From Spongospora subterranea f. sp. subterranea (taxonomy: Eukaryota), in the NCBI GenBank assembly GCA_049724395.1, contig JAUGWO010000020.1, forward strand, positions 124,001 through 180,077: a stretch of DNA of 56,077 bases, given 5' to 3'. A program made the position numbers and the translations under genes. Below are positions 54,274 to 56,077 of the stretch, in pieces (the first letter of the stretch is position 1; every line of letters starts with the position of its first letter). The notes under the pieces were generated by a model. The model worked only from the letters and a program-made list of their open reading frames with translations. It did no database searches and was not told the DNA's origin.

Positions 54274-54607
54274 GTGGTGTCTTCTCTCCCCGCGGGGAGA
54301 GACGGGGTTTTCTCCCCGCGGGGAGAGATTCCAGTCTCTCCACTCCAAAACCTTATGTACAGTCACAAATTAGTGATAATTAGTGAGTGACTGTACCGGT
54401 AGAAGGTTGGAGGAAGTCTGGCAACCATCTCAACAACGATGAATATTTTCCCGGCGAGAACTACAGCTATGAGTTCAAAGTCTAACGCATAATTGAACCC
54501 TCCACCAATGAGATTGGCTCTCAGTTCTTTACATTTGATTTCGTGTTGGATCTCTCAAAATAATTTACGCGTTCTGTAGAATTTTGTCGATTTGATCAAC
54601 CACATTT

Positions 54608-56077
54608 TTATTCCAGAACAATAGATGTTAAAGATGCACACGGGGCTCGTAATGGGCATTTACTACTACCCGCCCGATGATTGTCGACTGGAACAGCACC
54701 AGCCTTGACGCACGCCGAACATTTGCCATTCTTACGCCGACTTAAAGATGATCTGTTGAAAATCAACCACTTAAATACAGCAACATTGTTTGCGTTTTCT
54801 GGTCTCTTATACAAGCCCATACAGTACCTGTTGATATCATCCGAACCCCTGCCTCTTTTACTAGGGGGTAGCACTGGAACACTTAGAGACGCCACTGCAG
54901 GTACATGTTCAGGTTGAAGAAAGGCTGCCCTTCCATCGCCATGCAAACTGTTGCGAAATTCCAGCAGATTCACAGTGAGCAACCGGTATGTATGCTCGTT
55001 GCTAATCGCATATGGTTCGATTGATTTCCATAAATTATTAATCTTAGAATATCGAACGTCTGCCTTGGCAGGATACAGGACACTCTGATATGCGGTAATA
55101 TCAAGATGTGATTGCGAATATCCCGGAACCATTGTTTCTGGGGAAGGTTCCTCAGTTCCTTTGGGATGAATCAAGTTTAACTTCTCTAAAGCTTTCGTGT
55201 ACAGTGGATGATATTCCAGACGCCAGCGTCGGTGAAGATTTGCCTCATGAAATAGACTTGCATCGATGCGGCTGAAAACAACGCAGATGCCAGCACAAGG
55301 AACTAGGCTAGAAATAAAACAAGCACAGTTGCAGGATGGAATGCCCCCCAGGCGATCATCTTCAACTACCACCAAATGTGATACAGTCTGGTCCGAGGAA
55401 AGCACTCGCCAATCAAAATCACAATCAACGGCCAATTCCGCCAGCGGAAGATCGACAGCTTTGCGATATTGTTCTTGCCACATGTTGTCGACGAACGTGC
55501 TCCATTTCTTTTTGCTGCGGATAAGGTCGCAGATTATGTCGAGCGATCGGGCTTCCATTCTGTTGAACTGGTTGCTCAAATGCTGCCATAACTGATACAG
55601 ATTAAACGAACGCAGCTCCTTTTTTTTAACGCCCTTCTCTTTTATGATGGAATTCACACTCTCTCCCCGTTGTGACGCAACTTGACTGCAAGTGAAGACC
55701 CGCCCTGTACATTATCAAATTCGTCATGCTTTGCGACAAATCCTTAACATATATCATCAAACTTACCAGTGAACAATCTGCAAACCTTGGTTTTTGACTT
55801 CAATATATTGTGCAGGCAACTGGAGGCAGATGCATATGAAGCATATCGATCAATGCACGACTTGTAATATTCAGAGAAATGTTCCTCAGTCGAAAATGAC
55901 GAATATATAAGTGCCATCGCATCCTTTTTAAAGAGGTCTGACATTGAGCCGAGACCGCCACAGGACGAAAATACTTCTTGTTGGAAGTGATAACTGCATA
56001 GAATGTGAAGCATACCGGCTGTCGATGCAGCACCTGGATACGCAGATCCCCCATCAGTCATCAAAGTTGCTCCGGGA
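54608..56077 (-). mobile_element. Mutator/MULE-type transposase, 5' part beyond the window
   Basis: LMTDGGSAY...HILCSYHFQQ (D...CxxH of the MULE domain), SWIM-like CNC-x9-CAG, and C-terminal CSAC...H...C knuckle. Introns are present. Confidence 0.8.

Noticed and set aside
53907..54278. GTGGT on both sides of the foldback as a target-site duplication
   Set aside because: Removing the interval does not restore recognisable pol sequence, so the match is probably chance.

Overview
Gene-dense eukaryotic DNA with many short (~45-60 nt) GT-AG introns. An axonemal-type dynein and a SAM-domain kinesin-13 suggest a flagellated protist; a plasmodiophorid-like source is a guess the sequence does not prove. 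Positions ~1-44.8 kb are mostly housekeeping genes: cyclin, FBPase, LRR protein, HSP90, clathrin light chain, thymidine kinase, capping protein beta, XRN1, PICOT glutaredoxin, kinesin-13, phosducin-like protein, dynein heavy chain, eIF4E and FIP1, plus one decayed Ty3/gypsy gag. Positions ~45-56 kb are a transposon nest: a 15-bp minisatellite, RT and SURF6 relics, a complete PIF/Harbinger element that appears inserted in a gypsy LTR, a gypsy gag-pol with a PEG10-type -1 frameshift signal, a 354-bp foldback and a MULE transposase. The most notable observations are (1) a DNAH6-like dynein lacking the AAA1 catalytic glutamate, (2) the GGGAAAC + stem-loop/pseudoknot frameshift cassette and the 28-bp hairpin before gag, and (3) the nested TE architecture. 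Four conserved genes carry +1 insertions in short base runs that look like assembly errors. I found no convincing wholly new multi-gene system. Exon boundaries were read by eye and are approximate.
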